From NCBI GenBank assembly GCA_963663865.1, contig OY760686.1, positions 2,624,001 to 2,688,000 on the forward strand: a stretch of 64,000 nt of DNA. The letters are read 5' to 3'. Positions 39,714-49,657 of the stretch are shown piece by piece. Position 1 is the first letter of the stretch. Each line of letters begins with the position of its first letter. The stretch comes from Spirochaetota bacterium (GTDB lineage: Bacteria > Spirochaetota > UBA4802 > UBA5550). The notes under the pieces are model-generated. The model made no database searches, was not told where the DNA came from, and saw only the letters and a program-made list of their open reading frames with translations. The position numbers were made by a program, and so were the translations under genes.

Positions 39714-40229
39714 ATGTCCCTGATTAAGTCCGTTTCATTATTTTTTATAACGCTGGCGCTGGCACTGATTCCGGTCACCAAAACCGGCTCCCTTTCCGCC
39801 GACGTCAAATGGTACGGTTTCAATCAGGGACTTGAACTTGCGGCATCTCAGAAGAAACCCGTGATGATTGACTTTTACGCCGACTGGTGCGGATGGTGCA
39901 AGGTTATGGACAGAAAAACCTTTGCTGATCCCAGTGTGGCTTCATATCTTAAGTCAAACTTTATTTCTGTGAGACTTGACGCTGACAATCCCTCAAGGTC
40001 AATATCATTCCGAGGAAGGGCCTTCAACGCCTCTGAGCTCCTAAACGCGAGTGGCGGAAGAGGGCTTCCGACCGTTCTGTTTATGGATCATAATGGAGAG
40101 CTTATTACAAGGCTTCCCGGCTTCGCGGAAAAAAATGTTTTTCTTCCGCTGCTTAAGTATGTCAAGACAGGAGACTACAAAAATGGAATCAGATTCGACC
40201 AGAGCTACATAGATTCCCGTCAGAGATAG
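39714..40229 (+). CDS. Exported thioredoxin-fold protein (SoxW-like), CGWC
   Basis: Signal peptide from ATG 39714; KPVMIDFYADWCGWCKVMD and GLPT motifs. Confidence 0.88.
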   Translation: MSLIKSVSLFFITLALALIPVTKTGSLSADVKWYGFNQGLELAASQKKPVMIDFYADWCGWCKVMDRKTFADPSVASYLKSNFISVRLDADNPSRSISFRGRAFNASELLNASGGRGLPTVLFMDHNGELITRLPGFAEKNVFLPLLKYVKTGDYKNGIRFDQSYIDSRQR

Positions 40230-41110
40230 GCTAAAGAGCGGTAGACCGCCCTTTCCAGCAGCTGCAGTTCTTCGGAATGTACAGGCAGCTCAGTATCCAG
40301 GGCTGTATTCGTTTTAACTTTACGCAGCATTTCTTTCAGAAGATTCAAATCCTTTTTGTTGTTTATGACCTTCTGCTCAATCGCCGACCTTATCACTGAA
40401 AAGTTGTACTTTCTCAGGTTAACTCTGTAAAAAAATTCCACTCCATATATCTGCAGTGTTCTTTCGATGTTGGCAAGGGAAGCCCCTGACAGCTCTTGGC
40501 CCCTGGGTGTATCAAGCGCCCTGTTGCCGGATGCCTTTTCATTTTCAGTCTGTTTCGTGTCTTCTGCAGGCGCGGTTTGTTCAACAGTTTCATCTTCTAT
40601 CTCTTCAAGCAGCGAGTTAAGCAGTTCATCCTTGCGGCTTTCAGTGTATTCGTTAAAGTGCTTCTCAAGCGCTATCTCGAACTCTTCCAGCATAACAGAT
40701 ACGTTGAGCCGGAACCCCAGCATGGAACCGCTGTATTGGTGTGCCTTCGGAAGCAATTCCCGTATAACCTGATGTACCGGAACACGCTTTCCAAACTCAT
40801 CCTCGTAAAGATTCGTGAGCTCCATGTGAAATATACTCTTGAGTCTGCGAAGGGTTGAAAGGTCTGAATCAACATATCCTTCTACTCGCTTCAGTCCGCG
40901 GTTTCGGTCCTCTCTTACAACATCGAACACAAAAATTCTGTTAGTGTCTTTTAAAATCCTGATGCATCGTGCTATCTCATCATAAGAAAGCCCAATTCTG
41001 CTTTGCAGTACAGGAATAAATTCATCGGAACGCGCTATAGCATCCACGCTGTTCAGGGCGTTTTGGGATAGTATGGCCCTGAACACATCCATCACATGAT
41101 TTTTTAGCAT
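40220..41110 (-). CDS. Hypothetical protein (possible N-terminal winged-helix-like region)
   Basis: 296-aa ORF with AGGTGA SD and globular composition; no recognised family. Confidence 0.7.
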   Translation of the reverse strand: MLKNHVMDVFRAILSQNALNSVDAIARSDEFIPVLQSRIGLSYDEIARCIRILKDTNRIFVFDVVREDRNRGLKRVEGYVDSDLSTLRRLKSIFHMELTNLYEDEFGKRVPVHQVIRELLPKAHQYSGSMLGFRLNVSVMLEEFEIALEKHFNEYTESRKDELLNSLLEEIEDETVEQTAPAEDTKQTENEKASGNRALDTPRGQELSGASLANIERTLQIYGVEFFYRVNLRKYNFSVIRSAIEQKVINNKKDLNLLKEMLRKVKTNTALDTELPVHSEELQLLERAVYRSLAYL

Positions 41111-41535
41111 ATCACCTGCCCGAACTGATAAACGAAATTAATTTTATTCACCAAAAAGAAGACTGCCCCCTCTTCTGAACCGGACGCATATAATTGTTGT
41201 CACATCATCACAAAAAATAAAACTGAGCTCTGAATAACTGCTATCACGGCATACTTTTGTAAAAGATCAGGAATAATAGTTCAAGCTGATTTATTATTAT
41301 AACAAAAAAAATAATAATTCTTCGTCCATATAGATATACTAATTATTTCACGACATATATTTTACTCATACCGCGCAGGCAATACCGGCACCAGGCAATA
41401 ATACTGAAAATAAATTGACAAATTTTCATTAAAAAGCCCAGCCTATAACAGATCAGCTGCAAGTCACTGTTTATCAAGACTGGACTTCCGGCAAGGCACC
41501 GGCCGTCAGGGCAATTCCAATACAGGAGCAATCTA

Positions 41536-43209
41536 TTGAAAGGCGCACAGATACTGATTGAGTGTTTAAAAAAAGAAAATGTCGAAGTAATGTTCGGTTA
41601 TCCGGGCGGAGTTGTTATCCCAATTTTCCACCAGCTCTTCGACGCTCCCTTCAAATTCATTCTGGCCCGCCACGAGCAGGGAGCCGCTCATGCCGCTGAC
41701 GGCTACGCAAGGGCTTCGGGTAAACCCGGCGTTGTACTGGCAACATCAGGGCCCGGTGCAACAAACCTTGTAACCGGCATCGCAACCGCTCACATGGATT
41801 CTATCCCTCTCGTTGTTTTCACCGGACAGGTATCGACTAAGATGATAGGAAACGACGCTTTTCAGGAAGTCGATATCACCGGAATAACAAGACCAATTTC
41901 AAAACATAACTTTCTTGTTAAAGACGTAAATGAGCTTGCGACAACGATAAAGGAAGCTTTCCACATTGCTACGACCGGCAGGCCGGGACCAGTTGTTGTT
42001 GATATCCCTGTCGATGTTTCAAATGCTGAGTGCGACTTTCACTACCCTGACAGTATAAACCTCCGAAGCTACAAGCCCAAATACGACGGACACCCCGGGC
42101 AGATTCAGCGGGCGGTTCAGATGATTTCCGAGTCCAGGCGGCCGGTAATATATGCCGGCGGCGGTGTCGTCCTTGCCAACGCCCATGAGGAGCTGAAGGA
42201 TTTAGTAAAAAAAACCGGAATACCAGTTACCACCACCCTTCTCGGACTGGGGATATATCCTGAAACAGACAGACTGTCCCTTGAAATGCTCGGTATGCAC
42301 GGTACATTTTATGCCAACCGCGCTGTCAACGAATGCGACCTGCTCATCGCAATAGGCGCCAGATTCGATGACAGGGTAACCGGCAACACAGAGACTTTTA
42401 TACCAAACGCGAAAGTAATACACATCGACATAGACCCCGCTTCAGTAAGCAAAAATATTCCCGTAGATATTCCCATTGTTGGAGACTGTAAAAAAGTTCT
42501 CAGAGAAATCAACCGCCACATCAAAGCCCCGGACATCTCAGAATGGGTCGACTACGTGCTCAAAATCAAGGCTGAGAATCCGCTGGTGTACGAACCTAAC
42601 GGCGAAGAGATAAAGCCTCAGGAGGTGGTTGACGCAATATACAGAGAAACCAGAGGCAAGGCGGTGATATGCACGGAGGTCGGCCAAAACCAGATGTGGG
42701 CTGCTCAGTTTTACAAGTATACTGAGCCGAGAACATTCATATCATCGGGCGGCCTCGGCACCATGGGTTACGGATTTCCTGCAGCCATAGGCGCACAGCT
42801 CGCAAGGCCCGACCGGAGGGTTATAGATATTGCCGGCGACGGTTCAATACAGATGAACATTCAGGAACTCATAGTAGCCGTGCAGCACAGACTGCCTGTT
42901 ATAATAGCAATCCTTAACAACGGCTTCCTGGGGATGGTCAGGCAGTGGCAGCAGCTTTTCTACGACAGAAGATATTCTCACACCTGTATAGAAGCTGCTC
43001 CTGACTTCGTAAAGCTTGCAGAGGCTTACGGAGCTGAAGGCATCAGGGTAAAATCAAGAGAAGAGATAGTCCCGGCACTGAAGAAGGCGCTCTCAATTAC
43101 GGACCGCCCCATAGTGATTGACTTCGTTGTCTGCAAGGAAGAAAATGTCTATCCCATGGTGCCGGCAGGCAAATCCATAAAAGACATCATCATGAGGGAG
43201 ATGGCATGA
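41536..43209 (+). CDS. ilvB: Acetolactate synthase large subunit
   Basis: FGYPGG, RHEQGA.HAADGYAR, TSGPGATN, GDGS..MN ThDP motif and GMVRQWQ; TTG start after AGGAG. Confidence 0.97.
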   Translation: MKGAQILIECLKKENVEVMFGYPGGVVIPIFHQLFDAPFKFILARHEQGAAHAADGYARASGKPGVVLATSGPGATNLVTGIATAHMDSIPLVVFTGQVSTKMIGNDAFQEVDITGITRPISKHNFLVKDVNELATTIKEAFHIATTGRPGPVVVDIPVDVSNAECDFHYPDSINLRSYKPKYDGHPGQIQRAVQMISESRRPVIYAGGGVVLANAHEELKDLVKKTGIPVTTTLLGLGIYPETDRLSLEMLGMHGTFYANRAVNECDLLIAIGARFDDRVTGNTETFIPNAKVIHIDIDPASVSKNIPVDIPIVGDCKKVLREINRHIKAPDISEWVDYVLKIKAENPLVYEPNGEEIKPQEVVDAIYRETRGKAVICTEVGQNQMWAAQFYKYTEPRTFISSGGLGTMGYGFPAAIGAQLARPDRRVIDIAGDGSIQMNIQELIVAVQHRLPVIIAILNNGFLGMVRQWQQLFYDRRYSHTCIEAAPDFVKLAEAYGAEGIRVKSREEIVPALKKALSITDRPIVIDFVVCKEENVYPMVPAGKSIKDIIMREMA

Positions 43210-43691
43210 AACAGCATGTAATATCAGTTCAGGTGGAAAACAGATTTGGGGTTCTGGCCCGCGTCGCCGGACTGTTTTCAGCCAGAGGTTACAATATCGA
43301 CTCTCTCGCGGTAAGCAACACCGGGAATGACGATATATCCGTAATGACTATCGTTGTCAGGGGAGATGACAGAATTCTTGAGCAGGTCAAAAAACAGCTC
43401 AACAAGCTTATTGAAGTTATTAAAGTTACAGACCATACCGAATCGCATTCAATACAACGCGAATTTATTCTTGTCAGAGTTCACGCAAAACCCTCAGTCA
43501 GATCCGAAATAATTAAGCTGGGTGAGGTTTTCAACGCCAACATAGCCGAAATTGCCAGAGAGAGCATAACCCTTGGAGTGGAATGTGAACCAGAAAAAAT
43601 TAATGACTTTATAGAACTTCTCAGGCCATATGGCATTAAGGACTTAATGCGTACGGGCCGCATCTCGATGCTGAAAGATTCTGAATTTTAA
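43206..43691 (+). CDS. ilvN: Acetolactate synthase small subunit
   Basis: VENRFGVLARVAGLFSARGYNIDSL ACT domain, KQLNKLIEV and RTG motifs. Confidence 0.96.
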   Translation: MKQHVISVQVENRFGVLARVAGLFSARGYNIDSLAVSNTGNDDISVMTIVVRGDDRILEQVKKQLNKLIEVIKVTDHTESHSIQREFILVRVHAKPSVRSEIIKLGEVFNANIAEIARESITLGVECEPEKINDFIELLRPYGIKDLMRTGRISMLKDSEF

Positions 43692-43715
43692 TAAACTATT
43701 TAAAGGAGTAAAATA

Positions 43716-44711
43716 ATGGCAAAGATGTACTACGATTCCGATGCTGATCTGAATATCCTCAAGGATAAGACTATCGCTGTAATTGGATATGGAAGCCAGG
43801 GACACTCTCAGGCACAGAACCTCCGGGACAGCGGACTTAATGTAATAATCGCTGAGCTTCCGGGCACAGACAACTACAACCTTGCCGTGTCGCACAATTT
43901 CAGTCCAGTTTCTGCTAAAGAGGCGGCTGGAAAAGCGGACATCATTCAAATACTCGCTCAGGATCATATTCAGGCAAAGCTCTACGAAAACGAAGTTAAG
44001 CCCCACATGACAGCCGGCAAAACCCTTGTGTTTTCTCACGGCTTCAACATTCATTACGGAGAAATTGTGCCTCCGGCTGACGTTGATGTTATCATGATAG
44101 CTCCGAAGGGCCCGGGACACCTTGTCAGAAGCGAATACCAGAAGGGCGGCGGAGTTCCTGCTCTTATAGCTATCCAGAACAACGCTTCAGGAAAAGCAAA
44201 AGATACTGCCCTTGCCTACGCGAAGGGTATCGGCGCAACACGCGCTGGAGTTCTTGAAACATCATTCAAAGAAGAAACTGAAACTGACCTCTTCGGAGAG
44301 CAGGCGGTTCTCTGCGGCGGAGCTTCCGAACTTGTCAAAGCAGGATTCGACACACTTGTTGAAGCAGGCTACCAGCCCGAGATAGCGTACTTTGAATGCC
44401 TCCATGAGTTAAAGCTCATCGTTGATCTGTTCTACCAGGGCGGAATCAACTACATGAGATACTCTGTCTCCGACACAGCCGAGTACGGTGACTATGTAAG
44501 CGGTCCGAGAATCATAACAAAGAAAACCAGAAAAGAGATGAAAAATATTCTCAAAGAGATCCAGAACGGAAAATTCGCAAAACAGTGGATCGCTGAAAAC
44601 GAAAAGGGACGCCCCTTCTACAACAGGGTTAAAGAAGAAAACAGCAACCATCAGATTGAGAAAGTCGGCGCAGAACTAAGAAAGATGATGAAATGGATTG
44701 ATGCCAAGTAA
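43716..44711 (+). CDS. ilvC: Ketol-acid reductoisomerase
   Basis: [33 protein letters not shown] and YFECLHE motifs. Confidence 0.98.
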   Translation: MAKMYYDSDADLNILKDKTIAVIGYGSQGHSQAQNLRDSGLNVIIAELPGTDNYNLAVSHNFSPVSAKEAAGKADIIQILAQDHIQAKLYENEVKPHMTAGKTLVFSHGFNIHYGEIVPPADVDVIMIAPKGPGHLVRSEYQKGGGVPALIAIQNNASGKAKDTALAYAKGIGATRAGVLETSFKEETETDLFGEQAVLCGGASELVKAGFDTLVEAGYQPEIAYFECLHELKLIVDLFYQGGINYMRYSVSDTAEYGDYVSGPRIITKKTRKEMKNILKEIQNGKFAKQWIAENEKGRPFYNRVKEENSNHQIEKVGAELRKMMKWIDAK

Positions 44712-44727
44712 CATCAGCTAAAATATC

Positions 44728-44761
44728 AAAAAGCCCTCCGTTAGAAGGAGGGCTTTTTTTT
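44728..44761 (+). terminator. Intrinsic terminator of ilvBNC
   Basis: AAAAAGCCCTCC-gttagaa-GGAGGGC followed by a T-run. Confidence 0.88.
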
Positions 44762-44805
44762 AGATAGTTTCTATTCTTTTGCATCCCGCAGAAAAGAGGT
44801 CAAAC

Positions 44806-45438
44806 ATGCCTGAAACAATAATCGGCCAGCTTCTTGATTTTTTTAGCAGCATGGGCTATCCCGGCATAGTTTTTTTGATGGCGATTGAAAGCTCATTTAT
44901 TCCATTCCCGTCTGAAGTGGTGATTCCGCCGGCTGCGTATCTGGCCCAAAAAGGCGAAATGGATTTGTTCCTGGTTGTAATATCGGGAATCGCAGGCAGC
45001 CTCGCAGGCGCAGTCGTGAATTATGTTCTGGCGAGGACACTCGGCCGGGCCGCAATTTACAGCCTTGCGGAAAAGCGCTTTGCAAGATTTCTCCTCATAA
45101 CTCCCGAAAAGGTTATGAAGAGTGAAGAGTACTTTATTAAATACGGCAATATCTCAACCTTCATAGGAAGGCTGATCGTCGGTATAAGACAGCTCATTTC
45201 CATTCCGGCGGGACTTGCCAGAATGAAGATGGGGAACTTTCTTTTCTACACAACTCTGGGCTCTTCCATATGGGTGATTATACTCGCGCTTTTAGGCTAC
45301 TACTTCGGTGAAAAACAGGAAGTTCTTGAGAGGTACTACAAAGAAATTGCCATTGTCACATCAGCTCTTTTTGCAACCGCGGCAGTTATTTATTTCTATG
45401 TGAAATTTAGAAGGAAAGCAGCGTCTGAAAAACAATAA
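44806..45438 (+). CDS. DedA family membrane protein
   Basis: MAIESSFIPFPSEVV and GRLIVGIRQLISIPAGL motifs; ATG 44806 after GAGGT. Confidence 0.92.
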   Translation: MPETIIGQLLDFFSSMGYPGIVFLMAIESSFIPFPSEVVIPPAAYLAQKGEMDLFLVVISGIAGSLAGAVVNYVLARTLGRAAIYSLAEKRFARFLLITPEKVMKSEEYFIKYGNISTFIGRLIVGIRQLISIPAGLARMKMGNFLFYTTLGSSIWVIILALLGYYFGEKQEVLERYYKEIAIVTSALFATAAVIYFYVKFRRKAASEKQ

Positions 45439-45456
45439 AGGATAAAAGCCGGTATC

Positions 45457-45636
45457 TTAACCGGCCTTTATCCTCTTTTGTTTAGCGGAGTCAAGCGCGC
45501 ATCCAACGACAATAACATCTCCGTTAGCTGAATTAAATGTAACCTGCTGCTGCGGCTGTGACCAGTAGCCGCAAATGACATAGCCCGACTGATAACTCAT
45601 GTGATTAGGGCATTTGATACAGTTCTCTAATGTCAT
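45457..45636 (-). CDS. Small Cys-containing hypothetical protein (59 aa, CxxC...C...C)
   Basis: MTLENCIKCPNH...ICGYW...VGCAL with AGGTG upstream. Confidence 0.55.
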   Translation of the reverse strand: MTLENCIKCPNHMSYQSGYVICGYWSQPQQQVTFNSANGDVIVVGCALDSAKQKRIKAG

Positions 45637-45789
45637 AAAACACCTGTAATACCTATTCCGGCCGTATTCATACAAAAAAAGCGGCCTGTAATGATATTAC
45701 ATAAAAAACTGCATGCGCTCATCTGTCAAGACGATTGAATCTTTTATATTACTATTTTCGTGAGCATCAAAGAAGTGCTATGATGACAT

Positions 45790-47238
45790 TTATTTCCCAC
45801 CACGGTCAGGAGACGATTCCTTAAGCGTGAGTATCCTCCGTCCTGAAACCTTGACATTGGCTATCGAGTTCGGGCCGCCGATGCACCCTCCCTCACAAGA
45901 CATAACCTCAACCAGATTTCCAGGACATTCCTTAGTAGCGAATTTTTTCAGCTCTTTTATTCCTGATTTGCTTAAGCCATTCACTGTAACAGGTTTAATC
46001 TCAATGCCTTCAGCAAAGGCCGCAACCGCACCGGCAACGCCGCCTGCAAGCGGGAAGCCTCTGCCATGCTTCGTCGGCACCCTCTTCAGCTCCTCTGCTT
46101 GAACGCTTTCAGAACTGATTCCGCGCGCGGCAAAGAACGCTTCAAGCTCTTCCAGAGTCAGTACAAAGTCAACCTTACCCGACCGGATTGCTTCAACCTT
46201 CTTGGAAACACATGGACTCAGAAAAACCTTTACCGAGCCCGGATACTCCTCTTCAGCTAATTCAGCAGTGTAATACATGGGCGTTTTGGTATCTGAAATA
46301 TATGGCTTGAGCTCCGGAATATGCTTCTCAACAGCGTCAACATAGGCCGCACAGCAGGAAGTAGTCATGAACCGCTGGCCGGCTTCCATTTTATGTCTGA
46401 ATTCCTCGGCCTCACGCGCTGAAGTTATATCTGCCCCCGCGGCGACCTCAATTACATCTTCGAATCCTATCGCCTTTATCATTGCCAGGATTGTTCCTAT
46501 GCTTTCCTTAAACTGCCCGGCTGTCGCCGGAGCCATCAAAGCTACTACGTTTTTTCCGGAATTCAAAGCCCTCAGGACATCAATGATGTGCGACTTTTCC
46601 ATAATTGCCCCGAAGGGACAGTCAATCTCGCACTTTCCGCAATGGATACACTTGCTGTAGTCAATCTTTTCCTTGCCGAACTCATCCTTTGTAATGGCAT
46701 CAACCGGACATGCTTCCTCGCATGGCACTGGAACATAGACAATGGCATGATAGGGACATACATCAAGACAACGTCCGCAGTTAACGCACTTCATGGGATC
46801 AATGTGTGCATGATGGTCTATCATTGTTATGGCGTCTTTAGGGCAATTATGTATGCATGAACGAGCCATACAGCCTTTACAGGCATTGGTCACAAAGTAC
46901 TTTGTGGTAACACAGGAGCTGCACCCTTCATCAATAACCGTAAGCACATCGCCCTCAAGGCTTTCTCTTTCCAGGGCCTCAGCGGCATATTCGGATAGCG
47001 GCCTGATTTCGTCATATTCATTCTCATCTTCAGCGCTGAAGCCAAGCAGGGCCTTTATCCTGTAGTTTAGAACTGAACGGTCTTTATGAATACAGCATCG
47101 AAGGGAAAACTGTTTTTTAGGAAGCATCTCAAGCTGAATGTGGTCTACCTTCTCGACAAGCTCCTCTGAGTCAAAAAGGTTTATGAGCCTGATCATAAGT
47201 TCACGTTTTATAATAGTCGCATTGTTCTCATATCTCAT
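45790..47238 (-). CDS. Monomeric [FeFe] hydrogenase, group B-like, with ferredoxin-type FeS domains
   Basis: Several CxxCxxCxxxCP clusters; H-cluster motifs TTSCCAAY, SPCVSKKVE and EVMSCEGGCIGGP. Confidence 0.88.
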   Translation of the reverse strand: MRYENNATIIKRELMIRLINLFDSEELVEKVDHIQLEMLPKKQFSLRCCIHKDRSVLNYRIKALLGFSAEDENEYDEIRPLSEYAAEALERESLEGDVLTVIDEGCSSCVTTKYFVTNACKGCMARSCIHNCPKDAITMIDHHAHIDPMKCVNCGRCLDVCPYHAIVYVPVPCEEACPVDAITKDEFGKEKIDYSKCIHCGKCEIDCPFGAIMEKSHIIDVLRALNSGKNVVALMAPATAGQFKESIGTILAMIKAIGFEDVIEVAAGADITSAREAEEFRHKMEAGQRFMTTSCCAAYVDAVEKHIPELKPYISDTKTPMYYTAELAEEEYPGSVKVFLSPCVSKKVEAIRSGKVDFVLTLEELEAFFAARGISSESVQAEELKRVPTKHGRGFPLAGGVAGAVAAFAEGIEIKPVTVNGLSKSGIKELKKFATKECPGNLVEVMSCEGGCIGGPNSIANVKVSGRRILTLKESSPDRGGK

Positions 47239-47376
47239 TTTACCACCTCTATGGGGCAGATAAAGTCTCTTGTATCACAATATTTTCCATAAAACAGGGG
47301 AGGGCCTGTGTGTCAATACTTATCGTCAGAAAAAACATCAGACAGGCAGGAGGGCGCCATTAAAAATCCCGGAAGG

Positions 47377-47835
47377 TTACTCTATGCCGGGCCCGACAAC
47401 AGAGCGGCGGCACACGCGTGCGCTGTCAACCACTTCGGAGGATTGAATTGTCAGACAGAGTATCTCCCCGCCCGGTAGAAGCTCATGGAAAACCGTAAAT
47501 TCCTTTTCAGCGAGAGCGTAGTTTATACAGCCCTGTTTTTTATCGAGTATATCTTTTACAAACCAGTACTTTGAATAGTCAGCGCCGAGAAGAAAAGGCT
47601 GAGGATGAAACTTTATAACTCCCCAGGACGTAAGAATGTAAAAATAGCCGGTTTTCCCTACCCTTCTCGTCTTAAGCTCTTCTGTATATCCCGGATCTGA
47701 TGCAAGCCTCGTTCTGACACCCTGAAGCTCCTTCCTGATGCTGATGCTGTCATTTACTCCCTTGCCAGCGCAGGCTCCCGATATAATAACTGCAGCAGTC
47801 AGCGGAAACAGAACAGCGGATATCAGCCTTTTCAT
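47377..47835 (-). CDS. Lipoprotein with a stand-alone Cache-like domain
   Basis: Lipobox IISGAC; GKTGYFYILT..G.IKFHP...L.G.D.S Cache-type motif. Confidence 0.6.
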   Translation of the reverse strand: MKRLISAVLFPLTAAVIISGACAGKGVNDSISIRKELQGVRTRLASDPGYTEELKTRRVGKTGYFYILTSWGVIKFHPQPFLLGADYSKYWFVKDILDKKQGCINYALAEKEFTVFHELLPGGEILCLTIQSSEVVDSARVCRRSVVGPGIE

Positions 47836-47955
47836 AAGCAGAACTCTCCATCGCAAGTGAAAATAATATATATACCCTTAACATATGAGTGCATAATTCG
47901 CTTGACCTGTCAAGGGTTTCCTCTTTTAATAATCGGCATTGGACGGCGACTATTG

Positions 47956-48723
47956 ATGATTATTACAGTATATTTGATCCTTTTTCTTTTCGGTTCGATT
48001 GCCGGAAGTTTTTTTTACACACTTGCTCTCCGCTATGCTGACGGCAGCATCTCTGAGTCTCCGCTGAAGGCCCTCTTTTCCAGGTCAAGGTGCCCTTCTT
48101 GCGGCAAACCCGTTAAATATATTCTGCTAATTCCCCTGGCGGGATACATACTTGCCGGAAGAAAATGCTCAAACTGCGGAAACAGGATATCAGCGCTGTA
48201 TCCCCTTACTGAGATATTCTTCGGAGCGCTTCTCGCCGTAATGACTGCAAGACTTGGTCTCTCGGCCCATACTGTTTACCTGTACCTCGTAGTCTGTGTC
48301 GCCTCAGTTATATCCATAGTTGACATAAAGACCATGACAATCCCGGACACGCTTGTGATCATATTCGCACTTTTGTCAGTATACGCCGTATATGAAAGCC
48401 CGGTCAAGATGCACAGCCTTTACGGCGGAGCCCTTATGGCGGTATTCTTTATAACACTTCTTCTAATGTTTCCAGGTTCATTCGGAATGGGGGACCTGAA
48501 GTACTCTATTCCAATCGGGGTATTCGCGGGGATTGAACAGGCGGTTGTAATACTTGAAACAGCTCTTATCTCCGGAGCAATATTCGGGCTTATCTACGCT
48601 CTCAAATCGGGCAAAGGATTGAGGTCAAAAATCGCATTCGGCCCATTCCTGTCCTTTGGCGTGTTCATGTCGATAATGTACGGTCAGGACATTGCCCTGA
48701 TCTATTACAGGTTTATAGACTGA
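47956..48723 (+). CDS. Prepilin peptidase (A24 family)
   Basis: GSF, RSRCPSC, CSNC..RIS..YP..E, D..TM.IPD and GMGDLK (catalytic Asp) and FGPFL motifs. Confidence 0.9.
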   Translation: MIITVYLILFLFGSIAGSFFYTLALRYADGSISESPLKALFSRSRCPSCGKPVKYILLIPLAGYILAGRKCSNCGNRISALYPLTEIFFGALLAVMTARLGLSAHTVYLYLVVCVASVISIVDIKTMTIPDTLVIIFALLSVYAVYESPVKMHSLYGGALMAVFFITLLLMFPGSFGMGDLKYSIPIGVFAGIEQAVVILETALISGAIFGLIYALKSGKGLRSKIAFGPFLSFGVFMSIMYGQDIALIYYRFID

Positions 48724-49657
48724 CCGGGGCCTCTTTCTTAACCGGGATCCTGTACTTACGCATGGTAATAATATTGCCTTTTTCATTCCAGCTGACTTCG
48801 TCCATGTGAATTCTGATAATAAGTATTCCTCGTCCGCTGTTCTTAAAGAAATTCTCAGGGTCCCGCGGGTCGGGAAGGCCGGCAACGTCAAAGCCTCTGC
48901 CCTCATCCTCAATTACGTACTCCGCGTAGTCGCGTGTTATTTCACATGCAAGCTTAACCATTCTGCCCTCGAATTCTGGTTCAGCCTTTCTTAGCTCTAT
49001 TTCCTCGTTGAACCTTTTTATTCCGCCCTCCTCTCTTAACTCTGAGGATATTTCAAGATTGCCGTGAAACATGGCATTGCTTATGGCCTCGCGCAGGGCA
49101 AGTGAAACATTCTCTGCCGTTGTGTAGTTGCATAGGCCTGATGGTACCAGGTCGCGGGTAAGCCTGTAGGAGATTGTATTTATAAGCGCTGAATCAACTG
49201 GAATCGAATAGACTGTTTTCTGGTAATCGGCAAAGCGGGCAAAGTTCTCTTCAAGCTCCTTTTCCTGAATGCCCCTCACGATGGCCCTGACTGATGAGGC
49301 AACATCATTGATATCGAAGGGCTTACGGATAAAATCATTCGCGCCAAGCCTGAGGGCTGTTATGGCCTCCTCAACATTGCCATGCCCCGTAATTATCAGG
49401 ACAGGCATTGGCTTCTCCATAGCCTTGATACGCCTCAGCAGTTCAATGCCGTCCATCTTCCTGAGCTTGATATCGGTGATAACAAGGTCAATTCTCGTTT
49501 CAGCATCTTTCATCAGATACAGGAAGTCCTCGGCCTTCTCAAGCGAAAGGACATTGTAGCCCATTCGGGCAAGCTTTTTCTGAAGAGCGAAGCGGATGAC
49601 CTCCTCATCGTCAATTACGGCAATTGTCGACGCGGCTTCACTCATCGCATTCTCCAT
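48713..49657 (-). CDS. Response regulator with a C-terminal RsbW-like HATPase_c domain
   Basis: REC (IDDE, ITDI, ITGHG, KPF) fused to [20 protein letters not shown] and GRGILII..MDEV..NEKGN. Confidence 0.85.
   Translation of the reverse strand: MENAMSEAASTIAVIDDEEVIRFALQKKLARMGYNVLSLEKAEDFLYLMKDAETRIDLVITDIKLRKMDGIELLRRIKAMEKPMPVLIITGHGNVEEAITALRLGANDFIRKPFDINDVASSVRAIVRGIQEKELEENFARFADYQKTVYSIPVDSALINTISYRLTRDLVPSGLCNYTTAENVSLALREAISNAMFHGNLEISSELREEGGIKRFNEEIELRKAEPEFEGRMVKLACEITRDYAEYVIEDEGRGFDVAGLPDPRDPENFFKNSGRGILIIRIHMDEVSWNEKGNIITMRKYRIPVKKEAPVSL

Noticed and set aside
41111-41535. Expected Ile/Leu/Val attenuator or T-box upstream of ilvB
   Set aside because: No leader ORF with BCAA codon runs and no U-tailed terminator; only a small hairpin and a 9-bp CAGGCAATA repeat.
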